Source: Chiloscyllium plagiosum
Taxonomy: Eukaryota
Length of the DNA: 64,000 nucleotides
Direction of reading: 5' to 3'
NCBI RefSeq assembly: GCF_004010195.1
Contig: NC_057720.1
Location: 7,367,117-7,431,116 of the forward strand
Positions within the stretch are counted from its first letter, which is position 1, and every line of letters starts with the position of its first letter. The notes beneath the pieces were generated by a model. It did not search any database. It was given only the letters and a program-made list of their open reading frames with translations, and had not been told where the DNA came from. The position numbers and the translations under genes are program-made. Positions 10,973 through 23,351 of the stretch are shown here, in pieces.

Positions 10973-11789
10973 TGGACCAGGTGGGGTTTAATTCAGATAA
11001 ATGCGAAGTGCTACATTTTGGGAAAGCAAATCTTAGCAGGACTTATACTCTTAATAGTAAGGTCCTAGAGAGTGTTGCTGAACAAAGAGACCTTGGAGTG
11101 CAGGTTCATAGCTCCTTGAAAGTGGAGTCGCAGGTAGATAGGATAGTGAAGAAGGCGTTTGGTATGCTTTCCTTTATTGGTCAGAGTATTGAGTACATGA
11201 GTTGGAAGGTCATGTTGCGGCTGTACAGGACATTGGTTAGGCCACTGTTGGAATATTGCGTGCAATTCTGGTCTCCTTCCTTGCAAAACTTGAAAGGGTT
11301 CAGAAAAGATTTACAAGGATGTTGCCAGGGTTGGAGGATCTGAATTATAGGGAGAGGCTGAACAGGCTACGGCTGTTTTCCCTGGAGCATCGGAGGCTGA
11401 GGGGTAACCTTATAGAAGTTTACAAAATTATGAGGGCCATAGATAGGGTAAATAGGCAAAGTCTTTTCCCTGGGGTTGGGGAGTCCAGAACTAGAGGACA
11501 TAGGTTTAGGGTGAGAGGGGAAAGATATAAAAGAGACGTAAGAGGCAACTTTTTCACACAGAGGTTGGTATGTGTATGGAATGAGCTGCCAGAGGAAGTG
11601 GTGGACGCTGGTAAAATTGCAACATATAAGAGGCATTTGGATGGGTATATGAATAGGAAGAGTTTAGAGGAATATGAGCCGGGTGCTGGCAGGTGGGACT
11701 AGATTTGGTTGGGATATCTGGTCGGCATGGACGGGTTGGACCGAAGGGTCTGTTTCCATGCTGTACATCTCTATGGCTCGATGACTCTA
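10973..11789 (+). mobile_element. HER1 CR1-clade LINE 3' end
   Basis: FNSDKCEVLHFG...[34 protein letters not shown]...WNELPEEVV; standard 3' tail. Confidence 0.95.
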
Positions 11790-12219
11790 CGCTGCTTTTT
11801 GTTTATTGTCAACTGTTTGTATTTTGTATGGTTTTATGAAATAAAGAAAATATAAACAGGAGTATCAGACATCCTGTGCACTATGAGAGCTGGCTCTGAG
11901 AGAGCTGGATCAGTGCCAAGGGCTCTCCAAGTGTAAAGGGTGACTTGGTAACAGGATACCAGCTTCTGTGGAGTTTTTTCACAGGTAAAGACAATAGATT
12001 TACTCATGTACTTTCAGAAAGGTAAAAAGATGGATTTTTACAACAATTAACATTGGTTACGTGGTTATCATTAGACTAACTTGTTTTAATTCATGTTTTA
12101 TTTGATTAATTGGCCATCTGTCACGGTGAGAGTCAAATCCAGCCTGGGATTCTGCATTACTAGTCCACTGATATGACCACTATGTCACTCTGAGCTTCCT
12201 GGCATCTGGACTAAATATC

Positions 12220-12694
12220 TCATGTGTGTGAAAGAGACTCTGTATGAGTAACACCATCTGTGTGTGTGTGTATGTGGTTCTGAGAGATAGGGTGAGTGTC
12301 CACATGTGTATGACAGTGTAAGCATGATTGTGGCCATGTGCAGGAGTATCTGAGTGTGTGTGTGTGTGTGCGCGCGCGCGTGTGTGTGTGTACAACTGAG
12401 AGTGAGCTGACTGTACGTGTGTTTCTGTGTGTCTGAGGGAGATAAGCTGAATGTGTGCGTGACTGATCTTGTGTATGAGACCGAATGACTTTGTGTACAT
12501 GCATGCACAACTGAATGTATATGAGACTCAGTGGTTATGTCTGTGTGTATGCGCATGACTGAGTGTGTGTGACTGAATGACTATATGCATGTGTCTGTGT
12601 GCGACTACACCTCTGTGTGTGAAACTGAGTGACTGTATGAATGAGCGTATAATTGAAAGTGAGAGCCTGTCTGAGTGTGTATGTATGTGTGTGT

Positions 12695-12728
<34 letters not shown>

Positions 12729-12790
12729 TTGTGTGCACGCACGTGGCCTCAATATGTGTCACAGGCAGATGACTGTGTGTATGACCAAAC
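12220..12790. repeat. Degenerate TG-rich low-complexity tract (continues 13523-13795)
   Basis: gtgt/gactga/tatg motifs with embedded (GT)n(GC)n and (GA)n; split by a CR1 insertion. Confidence 0.85.
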
Positions 12791-12794
12791 GTAT

Positions 12795-13522
12795 ACCAGA
12801 GTACTGGGCTAATGGTAAAATTCATGGCAGTGTAGATGAACAGAGAGATCTCGGTATCTAGGTGCATAAATCCCTGAAAGTTGCCACCCAGGTTGATCGG
12901 GTTGTTAAAGCAGCATATGATGTGTTTGCTTTTATTGGAAGAAGGATTGAGTTTCGGAGCCACGAGGTCATGCTTCAGCTGTCCAAGACACTGGTAAGGC
13001 CGCACCTAGAGTATTGCGAACAGTTCTGGTCACCACATTATAGGAAAGATTTGGGAGCTTTGGAAAGGGTTCAGAGGAGATTTACTTGGATGTAGCCTGG
13101 TATGGAAGGAAGGCCTTATGAGGAAAGGCTGAGGGAACCGAGGTTGTTTTCGTTGGAGAGAAGAAGGTTGAGAGGTGACGTAATTGCGACATATAAGATA
13201 ATCAGAGGGTTAAATAGGGTGGACAGTAAGTCTTTTTCCTCAGATGGTGAAGGCTAACATGAGAGGACATAGCTTTAAATTGATGGGTGACAGATTTAGG
13301 ACAGATGTCAGGGGCAGTTTCCTTACTCTGAGAGTAGTAGGGGCATAGAACGTCCTGCCTGCAACAGTAGTAGACTCGCCGATGTTAAGGGCATTTAACT
13401 GGGCATTGGACATCCATATGGATAATACTGGAATAGTGTAGGTTAGAGGAGCATCAGATGAATTTCACAGGTCTGCGCAACATCAAGAGCCGATACTGCG
13501 CTGTAACATTCTATGTTCTATG
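12795..13522 (+). mobile_element. CR1-clade LINE 3' end (HER1-related subfamily)
   Basis: HKSLKVATQVDRVVK...LVRPHLEYCEQFWSPHYRKD...LERVQRRFT; tail ctgtaacattctatgttctatg. Confidence 0.9.
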
Positions 13523-14695
13523 TGTGTGTGATTGAATGACTGTGTGCATGTGCGCATGTCTGACCAAATGTGATGTGACTGAATGACTGTGTGCATATGA
13601 GTGACTTAATGACTTTGTGCACGTGTATACAACTTAACATAAGTAGGATTGAATGACTGCATCTGTGTGGGCGACTGACTATATGTATGCACTGTGTGCG
13701 TGGCTGAATAACTGTATGTGTATATGCATGCGTGACCGAACAACTGTATGCACACTTGTGTTTGTATGTTCTGTCTTTGTGTGTGCGTGTTTGTACGTAA
13801 CTCAGCAGAAACATTGCTCAGGCTGTGAACTTCATGGGTCATGTCAATAGCTCTTGCACATCCCTGTTGCTCAGAAAAGGCACTTGCTAAAATTTTTAGT
13901 AGGCGTTTGATGTGTCTTCCCCAGCCAGCCAAAGGGCCAATTAACCACTTTGATGCGGGACTGGACTAACATTAAATGCAGTAAAAACAGGTGGAATCAA
14001 AGCAGTTGAATTTATGTATTTTGAATGGAGGGTGGGAGTTCGCTCAGAATCAAGGAGCATGTAAAAGTTAATTTATTTTTAGAGGAGACAACCAGGCAGG
14101 TTAACTAAAACAGTATCTAGCTAGAAACAGGCGCTAGTTTGTTGTAAGAAAGCATCAAGCTGGAATATATTCACACGCAGTCTTTTAACCTAATTCCTTC
14201 TGCTTTCTGTGTCTTTACATCTTCATTTCAAAACTATGCCAAAAGATGCCTTTCATTTACAGATGAGAATGTGAACATTTTAATTTTTATTTTACTGTCA
14301 GCTAGCTGAACAGCAATATGGAGTATTAATTGCAGATTATTGCTTATTACAGTTTAGGTAAGAAATGGAAGGATCTTTTAATAGATTTCTCCCCCAGACC
14401 AAGCCCAGTGTAATCATCTTTAGATTGATGTCAAGAAATAGAGACCATCATCCCAATGGATGCGGTTAAGGGGAACACCGTAGCTGTCCTCCAGCATGCA
14501 AGAACATTGAAGCCAGCAGATTAGGTGCAGTAACTGGACTGAAATAAATTCACTCCCCCTTTCCTCTCACTGAACAGGATACCCTGGGCTCTGCTCTTTA
14601 AGAAGTTTTACTTGCTACAGCTTTTTTGCAATGAAAAGCAGCTACTGCTGCAGAGTCTCTCAGCAATTCCAAGTCAAAATGACAATCCAGCTGCA

Positions 14696-14780
14696 TCAAA
14701 GATAATAGAAACGGCCCTGATGCATTCAATATAACCCGATTACTGTCAAATGTTCAGCTTATTGTCAATTCCATAAATCA
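14696..14780. promoter_or_regulatory. Candidate enhancer motif cluster (TCF, Meis, Pbx-Hox)
   Basis: ATCAAAG at about 14696-14702, CTGTCA 14743-14748, TTGTCA 14762-14767, CCATAAATCA (TGATTTATGG) 14771-14780 in unique DNA. Confidence 0.4.
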
Positions 14781-14859
14781 TTCATCATGCAACGAGATGA
14801 GAGAATCACGTAGCAAAGAAAGAATCGGCTGTCATCGAGCAAGATTTACTCCTGCAGTT

Positions 14860-15445
14860 GACAGCTGTGGCTTACTCGTAGACTGAATCAGAAGGTTGTG
14901 GGTTCAGGCTACACTCCAGTGCAGCCCTGAGGAGGTGCTACATTGCAGGAGGCACCATCATTTAGACAGAGGCATCCCATCCAGAGGCAACCTCAGTGTG
15001 AAGGGCCATGATGTTGAGGTGCCGGTGTTGGACTGGGTTCAGATGCCACATGACACTAGATTATAGTCTAACAGGTTTATTTGAAATCACGAGCTTTTGG
15101 AGCGCTAAGCCTTCATCAGGTGAGTGAAAACTAGTGATTTCAAATGAACCTGCTGGATTATAACCTGGTGTTGTGTGACTTCTGACTCAGTGTGAAGGGG
15201 ATAGCCAACATCACAGGGATTAACCTGTGAGGTCTCTCCTCAGTATTCTAGCCAATCCCTCTGCCAAAGATCAATAGTAGAAACAGATTATCTCATCCTC
15301 ATGCATATATGGTCCTGTACACTTGATGTGTACAAGTTAGCTCTCTAATTCCTACTACATGCCAACACTTCAAAAGTATGGTTATAGAGCACTCTGGGAC
15401 ATTCTGAGGTTGTTAAAAGCACTACATAAATACAGGTTTTTTTGG
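14860..15445 (+). mobile_element. DeuSINE (SacSINE1-like) with nested P2 element
   Basis: tRNA-like head (tcagaaggttgtgggttca), aacagattatct, cacttcaaaagta, ggacattctgaggttgttaaaagcactacataaatac tail. Confidence 0.7.
15006..15185. mobile_element. PLE-derived family P2
   Basis: 14-bp TSD ctcagtgtgaaggg (14992-15005 / 15186-15199); mutated minus-strand hammerhead. Confidence 0.85.
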
Positions 15446-15654
15446 GCATATTGGAAGGATGGAGAGGCCAATTGACCACATGCTTGGCCACATTACAAAC
15501 AACATCTTCCAAGACTAATTAGTCCTGGTGTGGATCTGGAACGTCCAGTCTAGAGCTACATTCTAAACTACTGCCCAACAAGGCTGCCTGATACTCAACT
15601 CCCAGAAAAAGGGCAAACATTGAGAGACATCAGGAAAGGGAAGAGACAGAGGGG

Positions 15655-16240
15655 TTATAGCCGGGTGGAATTATCATTAGATTATTAATCCAGCGAGGAG
15701 AAAGTAAGGCCTGCAGATGCTGGAGATCAGAGTTGACAGTGTGGTGCTGGAAAAGCACAACAGGTCAGGCAGCATCCAAGGAGCAAGAGAATCAATGTTT
15801 CGGGCAGAGGCTCTTCATCAGGAATGAGCACTTCTGAATGTCTGAATGACTGAAACGTCAATTCCCCTGCTCCTTGTATGCTGCCTGACTGGCTGTGCAT
15901 TTCCAGCACCACACTTTTCACTATTAATCCAGAGACCCAGGTTACATCTGGGAACTGAGACTGGAATTCCAACATGGATTTATGGCAGATGGTAGAACTG
16001 CAAACCAATCAGAAGTCTGGAATTAAGAGTCTAATGATGACCATTGTCAATTCTCAGGAAAAGCCCACCTAATACCCTTCAGATAGAAAACTGCCATTGT
16101 GACCTGGTCTGGCCTACATGTGACACCAGACCTGCAGCAACATGGTTGTCTCTTAACTGCCCTCTGGGCAATTAGGGATGGGCAATAAATACTGACCTGG
16201 TCAATGATGTCCACATGCAATGAAGGAATAAAAAAAAACC
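15655..16240 (+). mobile_element. SINE family B with nested P1 inverted pair (about 15694-15921)
   Basis: SINE body and A-rich tail; P1 flanked by tattaatccag duplication. Confidence 0.85.
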
Positions 16241-16249
16241 AAGGGAGCA

Positions 16250-16920
16250 TTGGTCCTTGGAGTTGCAGGTAGATAGGATAGTGAAGGCAGCATTTGGTAT
16301 GCTTTCTTTTATTGGTCAGAATATTGAGTACAGGATTTGAGAGGTCATGTTACGGCTGTACAGGACATTGGTTAGGCTACTGTTGGAATAATGTCTGCAG
16401 TTCTGGTCTCTTTCCTATCGCAAAGATGTTGTGAAACTTGAAAGGGTTCAGAAAAGATTTACAAGGATGTTGCCAGGGTTGGAGGATTTGAGCTAAACAG
16501 AGAGGCTGAACAGGCTGGGGCTGTGTTCCCTGGAGCATCGGAGGCTGAGGGGTAACCTTATAGAGGTTTATAAAATTATGAGGGGCATGGATAGGATAAA
16601 TAGGCAAAGTCTTTTCCCTGGGGTCATGGAGTCCAGAGCTAGAGGGCATAGGTTTAGGGTGAGAGGGGAAAGGGGCAATTTTTTCATACAGAGGGTGGTA
16701 CGGGTATGGAATGAGCTGCCAGAGGAAGTGGTGGAGGCTGGTACAATTGCAATATTTAAAAGGCATTTGAATAGGTATATGATAGGAAGAGTTTGGAGGG
16801 ATATGGGCCGGGTACTGGCAAGTGGGACTAGATTGGGTTGGGATATCTGGTCGGCACGGATGGGTTGGACCGAAGAGTCTGTTTCCGTGCTGTACATCTC
16901 TATGACTCGATGACTCTATG
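16250..16920 (+). mobile_element. HER1 CR1-clade LINE 3' end
   Basis: Near-identical to 10973-11789; tail ctatgactcgatgactctatg. Confidence 0.95.
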
Positions 16921-17282
16921 TAACAATTGCTTTCCCTGTTTTAAACTGCAAAGTGTTAATAACTAAAACAGGCAAGAGTGAAAACCTGCCGAAACACATG
17001 GACAAAGTCACTTGCCAGAGGAATTCTCACCTAGGTTACCGCAATAACAAAATATGCAGTCAGGGGATACCCTTAAAGTGCTTATTGTTTATTGTGCTGA
17101 ACAGGCAGCAAAGCTGTGAAGGAGTAAAACTAAAAACCGCCAACTCATTTACTCCTCAAGCCTTCGGCCCCTCGGGTATCTCCATCGGATGTACTCAGTG
17201 TGAAACCCTTCGTCCAGATGCTTCCTCCTGTATAGACTGCTGACTGCCTGCTCTTGCCGTAATCCAAACTAAATACAACTCA

Positions 17283-17383
17283 AAAATCTGACTGCAGATG
17301 TTTTGCTTTTTCCCATCCACTCCAAGAACGCCAGGCGTTCTTGGAGTGGATGGGAGGAGGCAAAACATCTGCAGTCAGATTTT
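17283..17383. repeat. 101-nt near-perfect palindrome (50-bp arms, 1-nt spacer)
   Basis: Arms 17283-17332 and 17334-17383 are complementary at 47 of 50 positions. Confidence 0.97.
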
Positions 17384-17554
17384 CCACTTTGGCAGAAGAA
17401 AATAAATCGAGTTATTATTTCAGCTTCGAGTCCAGTGTGAGAGAGGGTCCTGGGCAATGCTATCAATGCCTTCATGGAACAAAATCAAACAGGGCTGGAC
17501 TGAGAGACTGTGATTGAAAGAGAGGCAGGAAGTGAGAAATTGATAAGAGACTAG

Positions 17555-17852
17555 GGTGTCATAGTGGCTCAGTAGTTAGCACTTCTGCCTCACAGTGCCC
17601 AGGGATCCGGGCTCGATTCCTGTCTGTGTGGAGTTTGCACATTCTCCTTGTATCTGTGTGGGATTCCTCCCACAATCCAATGACGGGCAGGTTAGGTGGA
17701 TTGGCCATTTTAAATTTCCTATAGTGTCCAGGGGTATGTAGGTTAGCCATGGGAAATGCAGGGATAGGGGGTGAGTCTGGATGGAGATGCTCTTAAAACA
17801 GTTAGTGAGGACATGTTGGGCTAAATGCCATTTCCACACTGCAGGGATTCTA
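17555..17852 (+). mobile_element. HE1 V-SINE
   Basis: gtggctcagtagttagcacttctgcctcacag head, V domain, tail tttccacactgcagggattcta. Confidence 0.9.
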
Positions 17853-18310
17853 AAGAATAACTGACACATAAATGGGAGGTGAACAGAGGGATAGTAACCA
17901 TGTATGGGCAATAAGTAGGTGTCTAAATATGGATTAGGAATCAGCGCAGGCTTGATGGGCCAAAGGGCCTGTTCCTGTGCTGCATTGTATAATTGCAAGA
18001 TGGGAATGAGACATAGAAAAGAGGAGAAGGAGTAAACCATTTGGCCCTTCAAGCCTGTTCTTCCATTTGAAAGAATTGTGGGTGATTTTCCAATTCAATA
18101 TCTTATTCTGTCTTTCTCCCCATACCTTTTCATTCCTTTAGCCCTCAGAGTTATACCTAGCTCTTTCCTGAGACAGGGCATGACTTTGAAGGGATCATTT
18201 CTTTGCTCTGAGGGCCAGGTCAGTGAGCACAGGAATATAAAAAAAACAGGCTGGAAGGTCTCCCCATTCAGTAAGGAGTCTTAGATAAATCTATCAGTCC
18301 CAGTTGGCAG

Positions 18311-18721
18311 TGAAATAACTCCCCAGAGGCCAGCATTCCGACACCGAGTCACCCTTAATTTATACGTGGAGAGTGATTGTCATAGAGTCACAGAGATGTA
18401 CAGCATAGAAACAGACCCTTCGGTCCAACCCAATCTAATCCCACCTGCCAGCACCCTGCCCATATCCCTCCAAACCCTTCCTATTCATATACCCATCCAG
18501 ATGTCATGATTTTATAAACCTCTATAAGATCACCCCTCAGCCTCCGACGCTCCAGGGAAAACAGACTCTGGCACAGCCTTGTCCGAGCCAGTACCCACAA
18601 TCTCTGACACTCCCTTTGGATCTGTCAGCCAGGGCTCCCTGATTGGTCCAAACTAAGAGCCCCAATCATAGAACTCATATTCTGTGAGGTCCACCTGGCT
18701 GAACTTGTTATGATCATGACA
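18311..18721 (-). mobile_element. Short solo LTR family S, copy 2, with a HER1 fragment inserted (about 18379-18564)
   Basis: Reverse complement begins TGTCATG and ends TTATTTCA; colinear with copies 1 and 3. Confidence 0.75.
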
Positions 18722-18779
18722 GAGAGCTGCGCTCCAAGTCTGAGTAAGGAGATTAGAGCGGATGTGACTGATCTAGAGT

Positions 18780-19125
18780 GGGGAGGTAATGACACAGTGG
18801 TAATGCCTGTGGGTTAGCAATCCAGAGCCCTAAGCTAATGGTTGGGGAATGTGGGTTCAAGCCCCATCATAGCAGATGGTGGAATTCAATAATAAAACAA
18901 AATCCAGAATCAAAGCTAGGCTAAAGACAACCACTGTTGACTGTCATGAAAAGTCCCACCTGGTTCATGACCATCCTTTAGGGAAGGAAATCAGTCATTC
19001 TTAACTGGCCTGACCAACATGAGACTCCAGACCCACAGCGAGGTGGCTTGTTCTCAAATGTCTTCTGGGAAATTAAGGACGGACAATAAATGTTTGGCCC
19101 AGCCAGCGGCAACTGTGAATAATTT
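18780..19125 (+). mobile_element. tRNA-derived SINE family B
   Basis: gggaggtaatgacacagtggtaat head, gggttcaagccc B box, caataaatg tail. Confidence 0.85.
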
Positions 19126-19309
19126 ATTTTAAAAAACCGACCTCACACATTGTCCCGCTCTCTCTCCCGCTGCACACCCAGGCATTAGGGAATCAGTAAA
19201 TTTACTGGATGAGCTTTTCATTTCAAACCGGGTGTTAAAATGATCCATGAATACATGGAAATCAATACAATTGTATAAATAAATCAGTAACTGCCTGCTG
19301 CATTTCAAG

Positions 19310-19620
19310 GCCACTATGGAAGGGAAATTACTGGAGAAGATTCTTACAGGCAGGATTTACTCACATTTGGAACAATCTGGACTTATTAAGGTAGCATTGT
19401 GAAGGGGAGGTCAAACTCAAAAGTATTGTAGTTTTTTTTGAGGAAGTGACAGTGCCTCAAAATAAACCTGTTGGACTATAACCTGGTTATAGTTAACAAT
19501 ATGTAAGAAGCATCTTGACAGATACATGAATAGACAGGGAAGAGAAAGGCATCATGTGTTGGTGCAGGCTTGGTGGGCCGAAGGGCCTGTTCCTGTGCTG
19601 CGCTGATCTTTGTTCTTCCT
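19310..19620 (+). mobile_element. CR1-clade LINE fragments with a small P2 remnant
   Basis: gggaaattactggagaagattctta...; tail gggccgaagggcctgttcctgtgctg. Confidence 0.65.
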
Positions 19621-21092
19621 TCTTTGAGGTCTTACGGAGTGTTCCGCATGAGCTGACATCTACAAAAGTGGGAGGCAGATAGCTCGTTGGGAGTTGGAAT
19701 AGACCAGTCTGGATGGATAGATATCCAGATGTCCAGATGTATCACCAAATGTCAGAGAAGCAATCAGGAGCTAGAATTTCACTTCTCCTCAACCCTGGGG
19801 CGCTGCAACAAATCATTGCATAAGAGAAACCAAACCTCAGAGCTTAAAGGATTGAGCTGGGATTCTAGAAAAGCCTTTTTCAATTGAGACTCCCCATATG
19901 TCTCTGTATCAAGACATCTGGAGTGAAAGACAACTGCAAAAACAGCTAACAAACTAAAATGGCAAAGGCTGGCTTGTGCATCTGCCAGTGGTAACAAATA
20001 GCATCTTCAGAATGCTTTCTTTATATTGAGATATAAGAGTGCAAGGGGCTGAAGCAGTGTTGACAAATTGCCAAGTTAATGAAACAGCATTACAACTTCA
20101 TTAAGTTATGATGGAGGGACTTGCAACGTAAAACTGCTCTGCAGCTGGTCGGAACTGTTGATGTAAATAGGACATACACACACATAATTACTCACAGGAT
20201 CTCTCAAAATTCTCAAATGTGGCCTGCACTACTTTGAAGAGTCACAATTTAACCCTCAAGAACTCTGACCCCTCCACCCACGTATCACCACGGACACACA
20301 CTAACTGTCGCAACAGTCCCAGTTTGAAACTAGTTCAGGTTCAGAGACCCGGTCAGCATGGATGAGTTGGGCTGAAGGGTCTGTTCCTCTGCTGTATGAC
20401 CCAAGGGACTCAATTGCTCTAAGACCCAAGGCACCACTGGATCTGCTGAGTTATCTGGATAAGATCACACACTTTGATCCCTGGTCTGTACCACCCAGTT
20501 GATCTCAGCCCTGGCCTCATGGCATTTGTAGATGGCAGCTCATGTGAAAAGACCCTGGCTATTCACCCTCTCAACGGACTGGATGCCGATTTCTCTGGTT
20601 GGGGAATCTAGAATCGGGGACACAGCAATAGGATATGGAATAGACTGTTTAGGACTGAAATGAGGATTTCTTTTTCACTCAGAGCATTGCCACTGAGGAC
20701 AGTGGAGGCTAGGTCACTGTTTTAACCAGCTCCTTATGAAATGGCACTCTCCATTAACCGGTGGAAATTATTTACCTCAAATACCGGAAGTTTACCGTGT
20801 TATCGGGGTTCCGACGAAGTCTGAGGTTGAGGGTGTGAGTGAGAAGGCGCTATGCCAGTAAGTTTTATTTGAGGCAAAGTTGCATCATTATTTGTTATCC
20901 TCAGCTACTATGCTTGCTCCATCGCAATCACTGTTGCACCTCAACAACAGAAAAGTTATTCACTGGCTCAAAAGTGCTTTCGATTATCCTGACTCTGACA
21001 GGCATCTATTTAAATGCAAATCTCTCCTGGTGACATCACAGAACAGGGGGAGGCTGTTCAGCCCATCATGCCTGCACCAATTCTATGCCCTT

Positions 21093-21372
21093 GGCGCTGC
21101 ATGGTGGCTCAGTGGTTAGCACTACTGCCTCACAATCCCAGCCTTGGGCAACAGTCTGGGTGGAGTTTGCACATTCTCCCTGTGAATGCGTGGGTTTCCT
21201 CCCAAAATACAAGGATGTGCAGGTCAGGTGAATTAGCCGTAGTGTTCAGGAGATGTATTAGTTAGGGGAAGTCTAGAGTGATCGGTGTCAGGGAACGGCT
21301 CTGGGTGGGTTACTCTTTGCGGACTCGTTGGGCCAAATGGCCTGATTCCACACTGTAGGGACTCTATTTCAA
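21093..21372 (+). mobile_element. HE1 V-SINE (internally deleted)
   Basis: ggtggctcagtggttagcactactgcctcac; ggagtttgcacattctcc. Confidence 0.85.
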
Positions 21373-21505
21373 TCTCATTCCTTTCTCTTTACTCTTTCAT
21401 TGGGACATTGAATGGAGCTGGCAAGGACATAATTTACTCATCCCAAACTGCCTTGTCGTGCCACTGCAGAAGGCAGTTAAGAGTCAACCACTTTGCTGTG
21501 AGTCC

Positions 21506-22370
21506 GTGAGACCATAGGAGCAGAATTAGGCCATTATGTCCATCAACTCTGCTCTGCTATTTGATCATGGCTGATATGTTTCTCAACCCCATTCTCCTAC
21601 TGTCCCCTGTAACCCTTTACCCCTTACCAACAAGAACCTATCTATCTCTGTCTTGGATACACTCAATGAATTGGCCTCCACACAGCTATAACTTTCACAG
21701 AGTCCATACCTTCTGTCTGAAGAAATTCCTCCTCATCTCAGAGTTGTCCCTTCACTCTGAGGCTGTGCCCTCTAGTCTTAAGTCTCTCCTACAAGTGGAA
21801 ACATCTCCCCGTCCACTCTATCCAGGCCTCTCAGTATTCTGTAAGATTTAATGAGATTCTCCCCCCCCCACCCATCATTCTCAACTCCATGCAGTATAGA
21901 CCCAAAGTCCTCAACCACTCCTCAAATGACAAGCCCTTCATCCCTAGGATCAGCCTTGCAAACTTCCTCTTGACCCCCTCCAATGTCAATAAGTCTTTCC
22001 TTAGATACAGGACCCTAACTGTTCACAATATTCCAAATGTGGTCTGACCAGAGCCTTATACAGCCTCAGCAGTACATCTCAGCTTTTGCATTCTAGCCCT
22101 CTTGAAATGAATGCAAGCATAGCATTCACTTCCTAATTACCAACAGAGTTTGCATGTCAACCTTGAGAGAATCCTGGACTAGGGATCTCAGATTTCTGAG
22201 ACCTTTCTTCATTTTGAAAATAGTCCACGTTTCCATTCTTTCTACCAAAGTGCATAAACTCACACGTTTCCACACTGTCTTCCATCTCTTTGCCAACTCT
22301 CCCAGCCTGTTCAAGTCCTTCTGCAGCCTCCACACTTCCTCAACGCGACCTGTCCCACCAGCTACCTGCT
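21506..22370 (-). mobile_element. CR1-clade LINE (second tail type) nested in a family B SINE (21385-22630)
   Basis: ataggagcagaattaggcca tail; reverse ORF remnant RLQKDLNRLGELAKRW. Confidence 0.85.
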
Positions 22371-23351
22371 GAATAGGTCTGGAGTCACATGTAGGCCAGA
22401 TCAGATAAAGACGACAGGTCTCCTTCACAAAAGGACATCAGTGAACCAGATGGGTTTTAAATGACAATCAATCAGGTTAGATTTCATGGTCATTAATACT
22501 GAGCATTAGATTTACAATGCCAGATTTTATGAACTAAATTTGAATTCTACTAGCACCAACAATGAAACCTAAACCCATGCCGCTAGCGCATTCGCCTGAC
22601 CCACTGGTTAACCAGTACATGATCACTCTCTCCTCACAATAAAATACAGTACGCAGAAATAGACCATTCAGCCCAGGCTGCTGATGGTCTAGGCTCAAGC
22701 TTGACACAGGGTTAAATGCCCCTTTGGGATGGACAAATCCAGGAGAGTTTGTGAGAAACCTGAAACGTGGCCCGCTGTGAGAGATTTATTAGTTATTTTT
22801 GTTTTAAAGTGTGGGGAGCTGTAACCATTAATTATTCAGGCAGCATGCATAAGTGATAGAGAATATTTTGTGTGGAGACAGTTCAATAGCAAATGTGTAT
22901 TCGCAGTTCAAGCATCCCACACTCACCGTCCATAATAACCCCAACAAATATGTAATTATTTACAGACATACTCCACATCTGCTTTAATTTGTCTCTCTGC
23001 TGTTTCTCCAATAATCAAATTCCATCCATTAAAAATGGAATCAGGCTATTGGGTCCCTTGAGTCTGCTCACGCAATTCAACTGTGGCTGATCTGAAACTT
23101 AAGCACTTTGCACGACCTTGGTTCTGTGACACCTTAATATCGAATAAGTAACGTGTATCAAACTCCTACATACAGTTGCTCTCCCAAAATCCTATTTCCT
23201 ACTGATCTGCTGTTTATAACAGGAGGAGGAGGAAACTGCAGAAGAAAATTTCTGATTCACTCCCTGAAAGCGTACAGATTGTGGACAGGTTCCTGAAACC
23301 AATCCAACAATGAACCAACAAGCTATCTGATTGATTAAATCACCACAAGCC

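Larger units (their letters stand above)
10562..11849 (+). mobile_element. Non-LTR (L1/Tx1-like) 3' UTR insertion, itself containing P2 and HER1 insertions
   Basis: 17-bp TSD atataaacaggagtgtc / atataaacaggagtatc (10545-10561 / 11850-11866); T-rich body, AATAAA at 11840-11845 then A-rich end. Confidence 0.65.
10455..11981 (+). mobile_element. Short solo LTR family S, copy 1 (pieces 10455-10561 and 11850-11981)
   Basis: TG...TTCA termini, 5-bp TSD caggt (10450-10454 / 11982-11986), CCAAT-like and TATAAA motifs; homologous to 18311-18721 and 23790-24209. Confidence 0.8.
10325..12185 (-). mobile_element. SINE family B, outer host of a multi-layer nest (pieces 10325-10454 and 11982-12185)
   Basis: gtgggtctggagtcacat...caggt | caggtaaag resumes after the nested block. 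Confidence 0.75.

Noticed and set aside
10921..11702. ORFs resembling a reverse-transcriptase gene
   Set aside because: Frameshifted, 5'-truncated CR1/HER1 ORF2 C-terminus; not a host gene or an intact element. The same applies to all similar ORFs.
12180..13932. His/Thr-rich or Cys/Val-rich ORFs
   Set aside because: Translations of (CA)n/(TG)n low-complexity DNA.
20725..21000. Possible old DNA-transposon/MITE remnant
   Set aside because: CpG-rich and vaguely pogo-like, but I could not define TIRs or a TSD.
22921..22985. Minus-strand donor-like site (ACG|GTGAGT)
   Set aside because: No polypyrimidine acceptor and no recognisable coding frame.
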